The notes: generated by a model not told the origin, from the sequence alone. Positions 9,635 to 19,397 are shown, numbered from the stretch's first letter. The stretch: 64,000 nucleotides of DNA from Candidatus Hydrogenedentota bacterium (GCA_034669905.1 JAXMOL010000008.1:1-64000), one strand, 5' to 3'. Numbers and translations are program-made.

Positions 9635-9796
9635 ATGACCGAAATACTCATCTTCGCATCGGGTGTTTTCATCTCCCTGATAACGATAGCGGGTTTCATT
9701 GCCAGCATCCGGGAATTCAAGTATATGGGCGAACACCCAGAGGAATATCCGAAAGATTTCTCCCATCTCCGTGAAGGGGAGAAGTCGTCGAGATAG
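9635..9796 (+). CDS. Small single-TM protein (53 aa), absent from the ORF track
   Basis: GAGGAG RBS; MTEILIFASGVFISLITIAGFIASIREFKYMGEHPEEYPKDF... Confidence 0.7.
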   Translation: MTEILIFASGVFISLITIAGFIASIREFKYMGEHPEEYPKDFSHLREGEKSSR

Positions 9797-9831
9797 TCGC
9801 ACGAAAACACGGGGTCGCACGGCCCGCAGAA

Positions 9832-10548
9832 ATGGATGGCACGATGGCAGGACGGAAACGTTACGTGGTTATTTCACTCACTGGTATAGGAGTACTTATC
9901 ATGGCAGGGTTAGGCATTTGGATGGTCGTCGGCTTGGTGTCGGTGGCCGGGATAGAAACGCCCGAGTACGAGGTCGTAAGCCGCCACGAGGGCTATGAGA
10001 TCCGCGAATACGAGCCCTACATTGCGGCCGAGGTGACCATGGAGGGCGACTTTCGCCGTGCCATGAACGGTGGCTTCCGAACGCTCGCCGACTATATTTT
10101 CGGGAACAACGCCAAGGCAGGCGCGGGAGACACCACGGATTCCGAATCCATCGCCATGACGGCCCCCGTGATTGAGCGCGAGGCCCCGTCGGAAAACATT
10201 GCCATGACCGCACCGGTGACCGAACAGCAGACGAAAAGCGGTGCACGGGTGGTGTCCTTCATCATGCCGAGCGAATACACCATGGAGACCATCCCCAAGC
10301 CGAACAACCCGGACGTCACGCTGGTGGAAATGCCGGCGCAACGCTTCGCCGCCCACCGCTTTTCGGGACGGGTCCCCCTGAAGAAGGCGGACACAAAAAA
10401 GCAATTCCTCCTGGACGCCTTGACGCGGGACGGGGTTGCCACCGAAGGAGCGCCCATGCTGGCCCAATACAATCCGCCGTGGACGCCACCCTTCATGCGC
10501 CGAAACGAAGTGCTCATCTTGGTAAAGGACGAAGTGCCTGAGGAATGA
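9832..10548 (+). CDS. SOUL-family heme-binding protein
   Basis: ETPEYEV, YEIREY, GFRTLADYIFGNN, IAMTAPV (x2), FIMP, AQYNPPWTPPFMRRNEV. Confidence 0.92.
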   Translation: MDGTMAGRKRYVVISLTGIGVLIMAGLGIWMVVGLVSVAGIETPEYEVVSRHEGYEIREYEPYIAAEVTMEGDFRRAMNGGFRTLADYIFGNNAKAGAGDTTDSESIAMTAPVIEREAPSENIAMTAPVTEQQTKSGARVVSFIMPSEYTMETIPKPNNPDVTLVEMPAQRFAAHRFSGRVPLKKADTKKQFLLDALTRDGVATEGAPMLAQYNPPWTPPFMRRNEVLILVKDEVPEE

Positions 10549-10583
10549 CACCAGGAGCTTGGACACGGCTGTCACGGCGCCTT

Positions 10584-10785
10584 GGGCACCCATGCCGTCG
10601 GGCCGACGGCGCTACATAGGCGCACGTACGGGACGGTATCGCGCCATCCCAGCCACTCCGCCATCACACGCCACGCCAACGCGCGTTCCTGTCCCGGTGG
10701 CAGCGGGCATGCCCACGTCGTGGAGACACAAGAGAACGATGATGAAAACATCCCAGGGTCGCAGACATTCCTGTCTGCGATAGCG
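10584..10785. repeat. Cluster of REP-like palindromes
   Basis: Shares blocks with 7787-8230 and 9285-9320; also the hairpin TCGCAGAC-ATTCCT-GTCTGCGA. Confidence 0.55.
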
Positions 10786-11161
10786 GTGGGGATACGTGAT
10801 TTGACTCCAGTCCGCTTTACCAACGCCCCGTCTCCTCATACTGCCGGGACAGCCTCGCGCAGCAACGCTTGCCGTTCATCCGCTGAATGCGCCGTTACGT
10901 CGCCGTCCGCACGCTACCCTACGTGGCGTTCAGCGCGAAGGCAGTCCCAGTGGGACATGCAGCCGCCCTGCAGACAACCCGGCAAACACAGGCGCAATGA
11001 ATCGGTCGCCAACAAACACCCTACTTTCCGACCCACTGCGGCAGAACGTCCCTTGGACACGCTTATCCAAGCTCCTGAATTCTCCCCGGCGGCGGGATAC
11101 GCACCCCCGGCTTGTGGCATACTAGGGGCCGTTGTGTCATCCCCTCCAACCCATCCACAGA

Positions 11162-12079
11162 ATGTCCTTCATGAATCGCCCCGTCATTGCCTATCTCGCC
11201 CTCGCCTCCGCTGTACTCGGCTGGGCCATTTCTCCTATTTTCATGCGCGTCCTGGCCGATGAATACGACCCCTACACCCAGGCCTTCCTGCGCTATGGTT
11301 CCGCCGCCGTCATCCTCGTGGTCATCTCGTCCATCTGGTTCCGCCCGGGGCTCATGGAGGCCATCCGCCGTCCCAAGGATACCATCGGGCTGGCGCTGTT
11401 AAACACCACCATGCAAACAACCTGGACCATCTCTCTCTATCACACCACGGCCACCACCGCCCAGCTCATTACCAAGACCCAGGTGGTCATGATTATCGCC
11501 ATGAGCTATTTCCTCTATCACGAGGAGCGGGCGGTTATTACGAGTCCCCGCTATATTATCGGCACGGTCCTCGGCTTCATCGGCGTGGCCGGCATCCTCA
11601 TGGATGACCCCGCCAACTCCATGTTGCCCCAACTCAATCTGGCGGCCCTGCTGCTCCTCTTCACCTCCGTCTGCTGGTCGGTCTATGCGGTCTGGGGGAA
11701 ACACATCGTGCGCGACCTCCACCCCGTGCCCATGTTCACCGTGGTGGCCGTCTACACCTCCACCGCTTTCGCCATCAACATGTTTCTCTTTGGCGATCCG
11801 TCCACTATCTTGACGGGAAGTGGCAACATGCTGGCCTTCGCGGCCTTTTCTGCCGTGTTGCCCATTGCCATCGCCCACTGCGCCTATCACTACGCCCAGC
11901 GCCACCTCGGCTCGGCCTTCTGCATCAGCCTCATGCTGGTGAACCCCGCCATCACCAATGGACTCGCCCTCCTCCTCTGGGAAGATGAGTCCATGAACCT
12001 CATCCAATGGGCGGGCGCCGCCATCCTCACCCTGGGCAGCTACTTTGTGGTCCAGACCCAACGGCGGGTAGCAACGTGA
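11162..12079 (+). CDS. DMT/EamA family transporter
   Basis: About 10 TM helices in two repeats; WAISPIF, AFLRY, HEER, WSVYAVWGK, NPAIT..L.WEDE. Confidence 0.85.
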   Translation: MSFMNRPVIAYLALASAVLGWAISPIFMRVLADEYDPYTQAFLRYGSAAVILVVISSIWFRPGLMEAIRRPKDTIGLALLNTTMQTTWTISLYHTTATTAQLITKTQVVMIIAMSYFLYHEERAVITSPRYIIGTVLGFIGVAGILMDDPANSMLPQLNLAALLLLFTSVCWSVYAVWGKHIVRDLHPVPMFTVVAVYTSTAFAINMFLFGDPSTILTGSGNMLAFAAFSAVLPIAIAHCAYHYAQRHLGSAFCISLMLVNPAITNGLALLLWEDESMNLIQWAGAAILTLGSYFVVQTQRRVAT

Positions 12080-12082
12080 ATG

Positions 12083-12136
12083 TGTCTAATATTTCTTAGA
12101 CAGTTTATTGACACGATATACAACCTGTGGTACGCT
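12083..12136 (+). promoter_or_regulatory. sigma70 promoter with operator TGTCTA-N8-TAGACA
   Basis: Palindrome TGTCTAA-N6-TTAGACA at 12083-12102; TTGACA 12108-12113, 17 bp, TGnTACGCT (12131-12136). Confidence 0.65.
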
Positions 12137-12209
12137 TTAATCAGGGTCGATGGGAGTCGGCGGGAGATTCCCGCACTGTCGGCCCTTCCAAAACCCTGGG
12201 AGCGTGCCC

Positions 12210-12701
12210 ATGAAAACCCATTTACTGCAACAAGAGCAATACATCGATGCCCCCCTCGATGTGGTCTTTCCCTTTTTCTCCCGTCCGGAAAATCTGGAGC
12301 GCCTCACGCCCGATTTCATGGGAATGACGGTGCTCACGCCCCAACCCATCCCCATGCATGTGGGGGCTATCATCGACTATGTCGTATCGGTAAATGGCCT
12401 GCCCATGCGGTGGACCACGTGCATTTCCGAGTATGAGCCCCCCCATCGCTTCGTGGACGTGCAATTGAAGGGCCCCTATTCCTTCTGGCATCACACCCAT
12501 ACCTTCGAACCCGACGGGGAAGGCACGCGCATTCACGATGCAGTGCGCTACGTAATTCCCTTTGGTCCCTTTGGCGCCATTGCCCACGCCCTCATGATTA
12601 AGCGGCAACTGAACACCATCTTTTCCTATCGGCGCACTTTTCTCGAAGGCATCGAAGACTGGAGCACCCTGAACAAAATGCCTCGCGGGGCCTCGGCATG
12701 A
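12210..12701 (+). CDS. SRPBCC family protein
   Basis: VFPFFSRPENLERLTP, FVDVQLKGPYSFWHHTHTF, D.VRY..PFG, IFSYR. Confidence 0.9.
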   Translation: MKTHLLQQEQYIDAPLDVVFPFFSRPENLERLTPDFMGMTVLTPQPIPMHVGAIIDYVVSVNGLPMRWTTCISEYEPPHRFVDVQLKGPYSFWHHTHTFEPDGEGTRIHDAVRYVIPFGPFGAIAHALMIKRQLNTIFSYRRTFLEGIEDWSTLNKMPRGASA

Positions 12702-13450
12702 GCGCCACCGTAGAACGGGTTGCGATGCTGGCCCCCCGGAGTGCGGTGGCACAGGCACTGGCCGCGTTCTACCACGCACAGCAGGTGCCCGTGGCCTTGT
12801 TGGGCAGGACCTTGCCCGAGGATGTGACGGCAGCAGCGTGGACGGCGGAATGTGATCTGACTGATTTTGATGCCGTGTCAGAAGGCCTGCTGAAAGCCCG
12901 GGATGCCCTCGGTGGACTTACAGGCATCGTGAACTGCGCCGGCTCTATTCTGCTGCGTCCCGCCCACCTCACGTCCCAGCGCGACTTCGGAGATACCATC
13001 GCGGCCAACCTCACCACGGCCTTCGCCACCGTGCGCGCCGCCAAGAGCGTGTTTAAGCGGGAGGGTGGCTCCGTCGTATTGATTTCCTCGGCCGCCGCAC
13101 ACCTCGGCATGGGCAACCATGAAGCCATCGCCGCGGCCAAGGCCGGCGTGGAAGGACTCGCCCGTTCTGCCGCCGCCACCTACGCGAGCAGCGGTATCCG
13201 CTTTAATGTGGTCGCCCCCGGCCTGGTGGAAACACCCCTCACTGAAGCACTCACCCAGCGCGAAAGCGCCCGCAAGTTATCGGCGTCTCTTCACCCCCTG
13301 GGCCGACTTGGTACAGCAGCAGACATCGCCCGGGCCATCGCCTGGTTTCTCGATCCCGCGCAGTCCTGGGTAACCGGTCAGGTCCTCGGGGTAGATGGCG
13401 GCCTCGGCCGCGTTCAGCCCCGCCCCCGGGTGGCAGGAGGTGACGCATGA
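12698..13450 (+). CDS. Short-chain dehydrogenase/reductase with atypical N-terminus and active site
   Basis: VNCAGS, SS, HEAIAAAKAG (no catalytic Tyr), NVVAPG, WVTGQ..VDGG; TGxxxGxG motif degenerate. Confidence 0.85.
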   Translation: MSATVERVAMLAPRSAVAQALAAFYHAQQVPVALLGRTLPEDVTAAAWTAECDLTDFDAVSEGLLKARDALGGLTGIVNCAGSILLRPAHLTSQRDFGDTIAANLTTAFATVRAAKSVFKREGGSVVLISSAAAHLGMGNHEAIAAAKAGVEGLARSAAATYASSGIRFNVVAPGLVETPLTEALTQRESARKLSASLHPLGRLGTAADIARAIAWFLDPAQSWVTGQVLGVDGGLGRVQPRPRVAGGDA

Positions 13451-13908
13451 GCATGGACGTGGCAATACTGCTGGCCAATGCTTCGAGCACGTTGTTGTTG
13501 TGCGGGCTCATCTGGACCATTCAGCTGGTCCACTACCCGAGCTTCCACTATGTGACCCCCGACCGTTTCACCCACTTTGAGGCCTTCCACCAACGGCGCA
13601 TCCGCCTCCTGGTCGTGCCCCTTATGCTGGTCGAACTGATATCGGCCGTCGGCCTCCTTTGGTACCGCCCGGAGGCACTTCCCGGTCTCTGGGCCGTCTT
13701 CGGGGTCGTGCTGGTGGGCCTTATCTGGGGTACGACCTTCACGCTCCAGTTACCGATCCACAAGCGACTTGCGGGAGGTTACGATAAGCAGGCTGTCACG
13801 GCATTGGTCACAGGCAACTGGTTTCGCACCATCGCCTGGACCCTGCGCGCCCTCCTCGTCATAGGGGGAATCGGGCTGCTGCTGATGGGCGAGGCGCCCC
13901 CAACATAA
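13447..13908 (+). CDS. 4-TM hypothetical membrane protein
   Basis: GLIWTIQLVHYP, H..RI..LVVPLM..E, P.H..L, NW.RT..W; ATGA coupling to the SDR. Confidence 0.8.
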   Translation: MSMDVAILLANASSTLLLCGLIWTIQLVHYPSFHYVTPDRFTHFEAFHQRRIRLLVVPLMLVELISAVGLLWYRPEALPGLWAVFGVVLVGLIWGTTFTLQLPIHKRLAGGYDKQAVTALVTGNWFRTIAWTLRALLVIGGIGLLLMGEAPPT

Positions 13909-13909
13909 G

Positions 13910-13941
13910 ACACGGACAAACCCGAGCGGGCCTGTCCGTGT
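13910..13941. terminator. Hairpin between convergent genes
   Basis: ACACGGACA...TGTCCGTGT inverted repeat. Confidence 0.45.
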
Positions 13942-13993
13942 GGTCTTGATAGTCTATTTTCACACCGCGATTGTGCGGCGCTCCTCCCGTAAG

Positions 13994-14992
13994 CTACTTA
14001 TCGAGGAAGTCGAGGAGCGGCTGGATAAAGCGGTCGTAGGTTTCGATGTGGGGCAAGTGTCCGACACCGTCGAGCAGCACCAACTTCCCCTGGGGAATTG
14101 CTTTGGCGGCCGCCTTGCCCAACTGGGGGTACTGCCCCAAGGTGGCGCGCTTGGCATCGTCCACCATGTCTTTACCCAAGGCGGTCGTGTCCCGTCCCCC
14201 GATGATCAACAGGGTCGGTGCCTGAATATTGGGGAATTCATGGATGACGGGCTGGGTATAGATCATGTCATAGGTCAGGGCCTGGACCCGGGCCATCTGG
14301 GGATACTCAGGGCTCAAGGTCATGCGGGCGAGTAATTCCACCCAGGGCTCATATTCATCTTTCCAGACCCCGTCATAATAGCTGTTGAGCTGGTATTTCT
14401 TGATGCCTTCGAAACTCTTTTTCAACTCCCGGCTATACCATTCATCCACCGAGCGATAAGGCACCCCCTTGGCCTGCCAGTCTTCGAGGCCAATGGGATT
14501 CACCAACACGAGCTTCGCCGTGTGCTCGGGGAACATGAGGGCAAAGCGGGAGGCCACCATGCCGCCCATGGAGTGACCGAGAATAATGGCCTTATCGACG
14601 CCCTGGGCCTTCAGGAGGGCCTGCGTATTGCTGGCGAGAGCCGGGAAGGAAAAGGGATAGTCAATGGGTTTGCTCGACTTCCCGAAACCAATCTGATCGG
14701 GAATGATGACCCGGTACCCGGCCTTCGACAAATCGGCCGCCGTTTCGCCCCAGTAGGCGCCGCTGAAATTTTTGCCGTGCAGCAGGACCACCGTCTCGCC
14801 GTTGGGTGTGGCGGGTTGCACATCCATGAAGGCCATGGAGAGCGGGCCGCTATGAGCGGGGATTTCGTGATACTGGACGTCATAGGGGTAGGGATAACCT
14901 TCCAGGGCAATCCCGATAGGCTCCAGGGCGGAAGCCACCCCATTTATCCCGAACAGCAACAGGGCTACCAACAAACTACGCATGGGTCTCAT
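13994..14992 (-). CDS. Secreted alpha/beta hydrolase
   Basis: Signal peptide; LLHGKNF, PDQIGFGKS, GHSMGG nucleophile elbow, GHLPH. Confidence 0.9.
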   Translation of the reverse strand: MRPMRSLLVALLLFGINGVASALEPIGIALEGYPYPYDVQYHEIPAHSGPLSMAFMDVQPATPNGETVVLLHGKNFSGAYWGETAADLSKAGYRVIIPDQIGFGKSSKPIDYPFSFPALASNTQALLKAQGVDKAIILGHSMGGMVASRFALMFPEHTAKLVLVNPIGLEDWQAKGVPYRSVDEWYSRELKKSFEGIKKYQLNSYYDGVWKDEYEPWVELLARMTLSPEYPQMARVQALTYDMIYTQPVIHEFPNIQAPTLLIIGGRDTTALGKDMVDDAKRATLGQYPQLGKAAAKAIPQGKLVLLDGVGHLPHIETYDRFIQPLLDFLDK

Positions 14993-15274
14993 ATAATCTC
15001 CAAAGGGGTTAACATTAGATACACGACGTCTCTATTCAGGAAATCACGTCGGTCATGTCGCCATGGTCCCATCGGGAACTGTCGTTGGTGGTTTAGTTGC
15101 TCCACGTGAGTCACAGAATTTCGCATAAACCTTGACCTGACTCAGAAAGAATTTCCCTCTTGGGAGTAATGGTTCCGCAGACCGTTCCCAGGTCAGACCA
15201 TGAACGATGCCTCAGCTCCCCTGTCCACGGGGAAAGCATGGATTTGGCAACCGCCAAGCGTGGTGAGGATGGGC

Positions 15275-15465
15275 CATGGCACGGCTTCCAGCCCTGAATG
15301 AGGGATGGATCAGGAGACATGGGGTTTGCCCCATGCGGGGATGTTGCCGGGCCGTTGGCCCTCCATTGAGAATTCCGACACCGCAACGACGAAGAAGTCA
15401 GCGCCGAAGGCGCGTAGTTCTTACGTCTTCGACGTAATGCAGGCGAGACGCCTGCGCTCCCAAGC
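15275..15465. repeat. REP-like copy (same family as 4053-4143) plus GCAGGCG-AGA-CGCCTGC hairpin
   Basis: CATGGGGTTTGCCCCATGCGGGGATGTTGCCGGGCCGTTGGCCCT is close to 4098-4143. Confidence 0.65.
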
Positions 15466-15527
15466 CCCAAATCTCTAAGATGGCAACCGAACGACTTGGA
15501 AAATGTCCGAGATGAATCTTCGCCTGT

Positions 15528-17840
15528 TTAGTAGCGGTCCGGTCCCAGTGGGAAATTGTCGTAGGGCCCCGCTTCGTAGCTCAGCAGTTCCCGGAAGTTA
15601 GGCAAAGCGGGATTGGTCTGCACCAGACGCCAGACCCCTTCGCGATTGCTCCACGTGGTCCACACCTCGGCGGCCGTGCTTTGTGGCAGGTCGATGGTGA
15701 TATCCGCGCGGAGACCACTGCTGTCCGTAAGGGCAACGGCCGCAATACGCACGTAGAGCAGAAGGTTAATTTCCCCCGAGCTATCCGCATTGGTAAAGTC
15801 CCACTGACGGATCTGGCGGTGCATGGCCACGGAGCGGTAGCGTTCCAGTAACCACTGGTAGGCCCGCTGGGCGTATTGAAAGCCCCAGCCTTCGGGGTCG
15901 GTGTACTCGGTTGAATAGACGGACATAATGCCGTTGAGATTCTTGGCCACGAGGGCCTCATCCCACAATTCAATCTGCTCGACGATCGCCGTTGCCGCCG
16001 CCCGGTGTGTTTCGGGAACGCCCTGATAATCGGGCCACCAGGGGGCCGTTACCTCGATGTCCTTTTTCGGCTGCGCCACGGGCGAACTCGTTGCCTGGGC
16101 GAGGACCGGGGTAAGCACCACCTCTTCGACGATCCGACTTTCCACCACGCTGAAGGCGAGATAGGTCCCGAAATCGACGATCCCGGAAAGGGGCTCCCGC
16201 TCGTCGGTCACGGCGGTGACGGAATAGGCCACGGTCTGGTCAGGCAAGACGGTCGTATCCACATAGCTGCGGTTTTCCTGCTCGAGGGGAGGGCTGAGCA
16301 GGGTAAACTCCGTTTCCGGGGCCACACGGCGATAGACCCGGTATTCCACATCGTTTTCGCGAAAGCCCCACGAGACGACGACCGCCCCATTTTCCCGACG
16401 GGCCGTAAAGGCGCGGATGGGTGCCGCCACCTCCTTGATGGTGTAGGCCTGTTGTTCCCGCACGTTCTCGCGGGTATTCATCACGAAGGCATTTACCCCC
16501 ACACGGGTAACAAAGGCGTTGCCGGCAGCCTGGGGTTTCCGCATGGGAGCCAACAGATTTACCCAACCTGCGGCGGTGGGAATCGTCCCCGCTCTCACGA
16601 CCCGGGGAAATTCTTTTTTGACGCCTTCGCCGGCATGGGGCGAGAGAAAAGGAATCCAGAAGAGGTCGCCCCGGTTGGGCACCAACTCCGCGATCTGGCC
16701 CGGGCGCTCGAGGCCATAGGCGGCCCGCAACAGATTGCCCTGATCCAACACGCCGTCGATATCCTTGAGATTGAGATGAAAGGTTTCCGGGTCCCCTGCC
16801 TCAACCAGTTGGAGTGCCACCAGGATCTGGCGCATTACCAAATCCTTACGGCCCACCAGGGATTGGGGCACCAGGTTTCGCAATACCGGGTAAATCCCAT
16901 CGTCCCAATGGAATCGGGCAGGGCCATACCACAGGTCGGGACCGTTCTCGAAGGAATAGACCGTGGCCCCCGTCATGGCCCCGTTGAGAATCATGGCGCG
17001 ATAGAGATGGGCGGGGGCCTTGCTGGTGCCCCCGGCATCGCCAAAGAGCCCTGGAGACACGTAGTGGTTATCGGCATACCACAGGGCGTCGGCGGCCACA
17101 CCCCAATTGCTCACACCGTCCTCGAGCCAAAGTCCCATGACGGCTGACTGGTTGGGAATCGTATGGTCGCCCCGCGTAAGGCTCGCGGGAATCACGTAGT
17201 CTTTGCAGGCCACGATTTTCTCATAGAGGGGCGTGCAGGCCGTGTTGCTCATGATCCGGACCCACTGCAACTCATCCAGCGGCAGGTAAACGAAACGCCC
17301 ATAACGGGCCGCCGTATCAATGATCTCGATAAGCCAGTCGATCACCTCGGGCGTCTGACCATCCCGCATGCGGGGCGAATCATAGTAGCGAAAATCGAGG
17401 CCCACCACTTCCAGACCGCGCACCATGGTGTGGGCGCGAAGCAACGCCTCAACCAGTTCCAGGTCCATGCGCTCTTGCTGGGGCGCATCCGCAATGCGAA
17501 TTACCGTGGGAATCTGAGGCTCCTGCAATACCTGCAACACCCGCTCGTAATTTTCTTTCTTCTCGGCACCCTTGCCCGGCACATCGAACTTCAGCACACT
17601 GTTGGAGCGAATCGTTTCAGGCAACTGCGCCCAGGCACCGATGAGATGCTCTTTCTGCCGATCTGGATCACCCCGATAGGCCGCCAAATCCTGAAAGAGC
17701 ATGAGGGGGTGCGCCGGGCTGATTTCGACAGCCAGGGGCGGAAACTCGGATGACGTCGTGACCGATGCCGCCAGCAACGCTACACAGCACACGGCGGTGC
17801 GTACACCGGCGCGGAAAAAACGGGGGGTTTCGAAGAACAT
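15528..17840 (-). CDS. Secreted GH98-like protein with FN3-like and C-terminal NTF2/SnoaL-like domains
   Basis: ISPAHPLML, WAQLPETIR, AARYG, MGLWLEDGVSNWG..D..WY, GATVYSFE resemble the GH98 barrel; VSW..YRVYR..YVDT..YSVTAV is FN3-like. Confidence 0.6.
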   Translation of the reverse strand: MFFETPRFFRAGVRTAVCCVALLAASVTTSSEFPPLAVEISPAHPLMLFQDLAAYRGDPDRQKEHLIGAWAQLPETIRSNSVLKFDVPGKGAEKKENYERVLQVLQEPQIPTVIRIADAPQQERMDLELVEALLRAHTMVRGLEVVGLDFRYYDSPRMRDGQTPEVIDWLIEIIDTAARYGRFVYLPLDELQWVRIMSNTACTPLYEKIVACKDYVIPASLTRGDHTIPNQSAVMGLWLEDGVSNWGVAADALWYADNHYVSPGLFGDAGGTSKAPAHLYRAMILNGAMTGATVYSFENGPDLWYGPARFHWDDGIYPVLRNLVPQSLVGRKDLVMRQILVALQLVEAGDPETFHLNLKDIDGVLDQGNLLRAAYGLERPGQIAELVPNRGDLFWIPFLSPHAGEGVKKEFPRVVRAGTIPTAAGWVNLLAPMRKPQAAGNAFVTRVGVNAFVMNTRENVREQQAYTIKEVAAPIRAFTARRENGAVVVSWGFRENDVEYRVYRRVAPETEFTLLSPPLEQENRSYVDTTVLPDQTVAYSVTAVTDEREPLSGIVDFGTYLAFSVVESRIVEEVVLTPVLAQATSSPVAQPKKDIEVTAPWWPDYQGVPETHRAAATAIVEQIELWDEALVAKNLNGIMSVYSTEYTDPEGWGFQYAQRAYQWLLERYRSVAMHRQIRQWDFTNADSSGEINLLLYVRIAAVALTDSSGLRADITIDLPQSTAAEVWTTWSNREGVWRLVQTNPALPNFRELLSYEAGPYDNFPLGPDRY

Positions 17841-17983
17841 GAACGAAATTGTATGATAGGTGGATAACACAGGACAACCCGGCGGCCTAAGTTGCTTGAT
17901 TCCGCTTCTCTTATGAATGTCCTTTTCTGGCGATTAGTTTCCCCTTCCTGACGTGCGACACGCCGTCACTGCGAGGTATCCCC

Positions 17984-18901
17984 GTGTCTTTTCCCATCAT
18001 TGAGCCCGTCGAACAAGTGCACCGTCCGCGACGGGGACTTCGGGCACGCCCCCGATCAGCGGGCAATTATCAGCAGCACTGCAATGTGGTCTACGCCGAA
18101 GCCGCCGGCCTGGGCCTGACGCTGGACGTCTTCAAACCAACCGCACCCTCAAACGGCCGGGCCATAATCGATGTGGTCTCCGGGGGGTGGCATTCCGATC
18201 GGGTCCGTCTCAACGAACACATCGGTCTGGGGGCCATCGACGCCTTTTGTGCCGCAGGGTTTACCGTCTTCGCCGTCGCCCCGGGTTCTGCCAGCCATTT
18301 CACAGCCCTGGAAATGGTGGCTCACGTCCATGCGGCCATTCGCTACGTACGCGAACACGCCTCCGCCTGGGAAATCGAAGCCGCCCCCCTGGGACTCTGC
18401 GGCGTTTCTGCCGGTGGGCATCTGGCGGCCCTGACCGCCTTGTCGCCCGAAGCACCGGACCCCAAAGCCCGGCAGGGCTGGTTTCGGCACGGCACCGAGG
18501 TGGCCGCTGTCGGGCTTTTTTTCCCACCCACCGATTTCCTGGATTATGGAGGTCGACTGTTTCCCTTTGACCGCGGTGGCGAGTTTTCTGTGCCCCGACT
18601 CCTCTTCGCTGATGGCATGGCGGCGAAAGACGAGGCGACCCGGATGGACAGGGCCCGGGCCATCTCCCCGCTGCACCAGGTCCGCAGCGACCATCCACCC
18701 TTTTTTCTGACCCATGCGACCGAAGATGGGGTGGTGCCCTACAGCCAATCGACCCGCTTCGTCGACGCGCTGGCCGAGGCGGGCGTATCGGCCACGCTCC
18801 ACACCCACGAAGGCCCCGGACACCCCTGGTCCACCATCGCGGAAACCTGTACCGAAATGGCATCCTGGTTCCATGAGCAACTCCATGAACCCACCGGATA
18901 A
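17984..18901 (+). CDS. Alpha/beta hydrolase (esterase, HSL/BD-FAE-like)
   Basis: LTLDVF.P, VSGGW, GVSAGGHLA, ISP, PPFFLTH..D.VVP..QS, GH. Confidence 0.85.
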   Translation: MSFPIIEPVEQVHRPRRGLRARPRSAGNYQQHCNVVYAEAAGLGLTLDVFKPTAPSNGRAIIDVVSGGWHSDRVRLNEHIGLGAIDAFCAAGFTVFAVAPGSASHFTALEMVAHVHAAIRYVREHASAWEIEAAPLGLCGVSAGGHLAALTALSPEAPDPKARQGWFRHGTEVAAVGLFFPPTDFLDYGGRLFPFDRGGEFSVPRLLFADGMAAKDEATRMDRARAISPLHQVRSDHPPFFLTHATEDGVVPYSQSTRFVDALAEAGVSATLHTHEGPGHPWSTIAETCTEMASWFHEQLHEPTG

Positions 18902-19397
18902 GCCCCCAGCGCCTTGGGAGGACCTTGTGGAGTATGGCCGTGACACTATCGTGGTCGATCTCTCTACGCCCCCTACCCCCGACCTTACCCGACAGATTGG
19001 TCCCCGGGTGGCCCGTTTTCTTCAACCTAAATGGGAGACCGACCTCGAGCACACCCTTGCCCCCCTGGTGGACCAATACGCCGATCTGATACTCCTGTGC
19101 CCGCCTCCTCCCTCCCTCACCAACCCACGGTCCGCCGTCGCCGCGATCAAGCGGGTGCTGCGTTCCGGAGGGCGGGTATGGATGGAATTCCCCGTTGCGT
19201 CGCAGCCACCGAAATGGGACTGGCGGGCCGCGCTGGAATCCGAATGCCTGTGGGTAGATGTAGACGAGCAGTTCACACCAATTGCTATGGCAGCGGAATA
19301 CACGAGGAGGGGCCCTGACACCCCTTCCGGGCCCCGGGAAGAAAAGGATGCAAATTGCGTTCAACCCTGCTATCGTAGGGTGAGCGGGATCAAATAA
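18885..19397 (+). CDS. Hypothetical protein, possible degenerate methyltransferase-like fragment
   Basis: ADLIL..NP..AV..IKRVLRSGG resembles the class I MTase C-terminal motif; no GxG SAM motif. Confidence 0.35.
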   Translation: MNPPDKPPAPWEDLVEYGRDTIVVDLSTPPTPDLTRQIGPRVARFLQPKWETDLEHTLAPLVDQYADLILLCPPPPSLTNPRSAVAAIKRVLRSGGRVWMEFPVASQPPKWDWRAALESECLWVDVDEQFTPIAMAAEYTRRGPDTPSGPREEKDANCVQPCYRRVSGIK

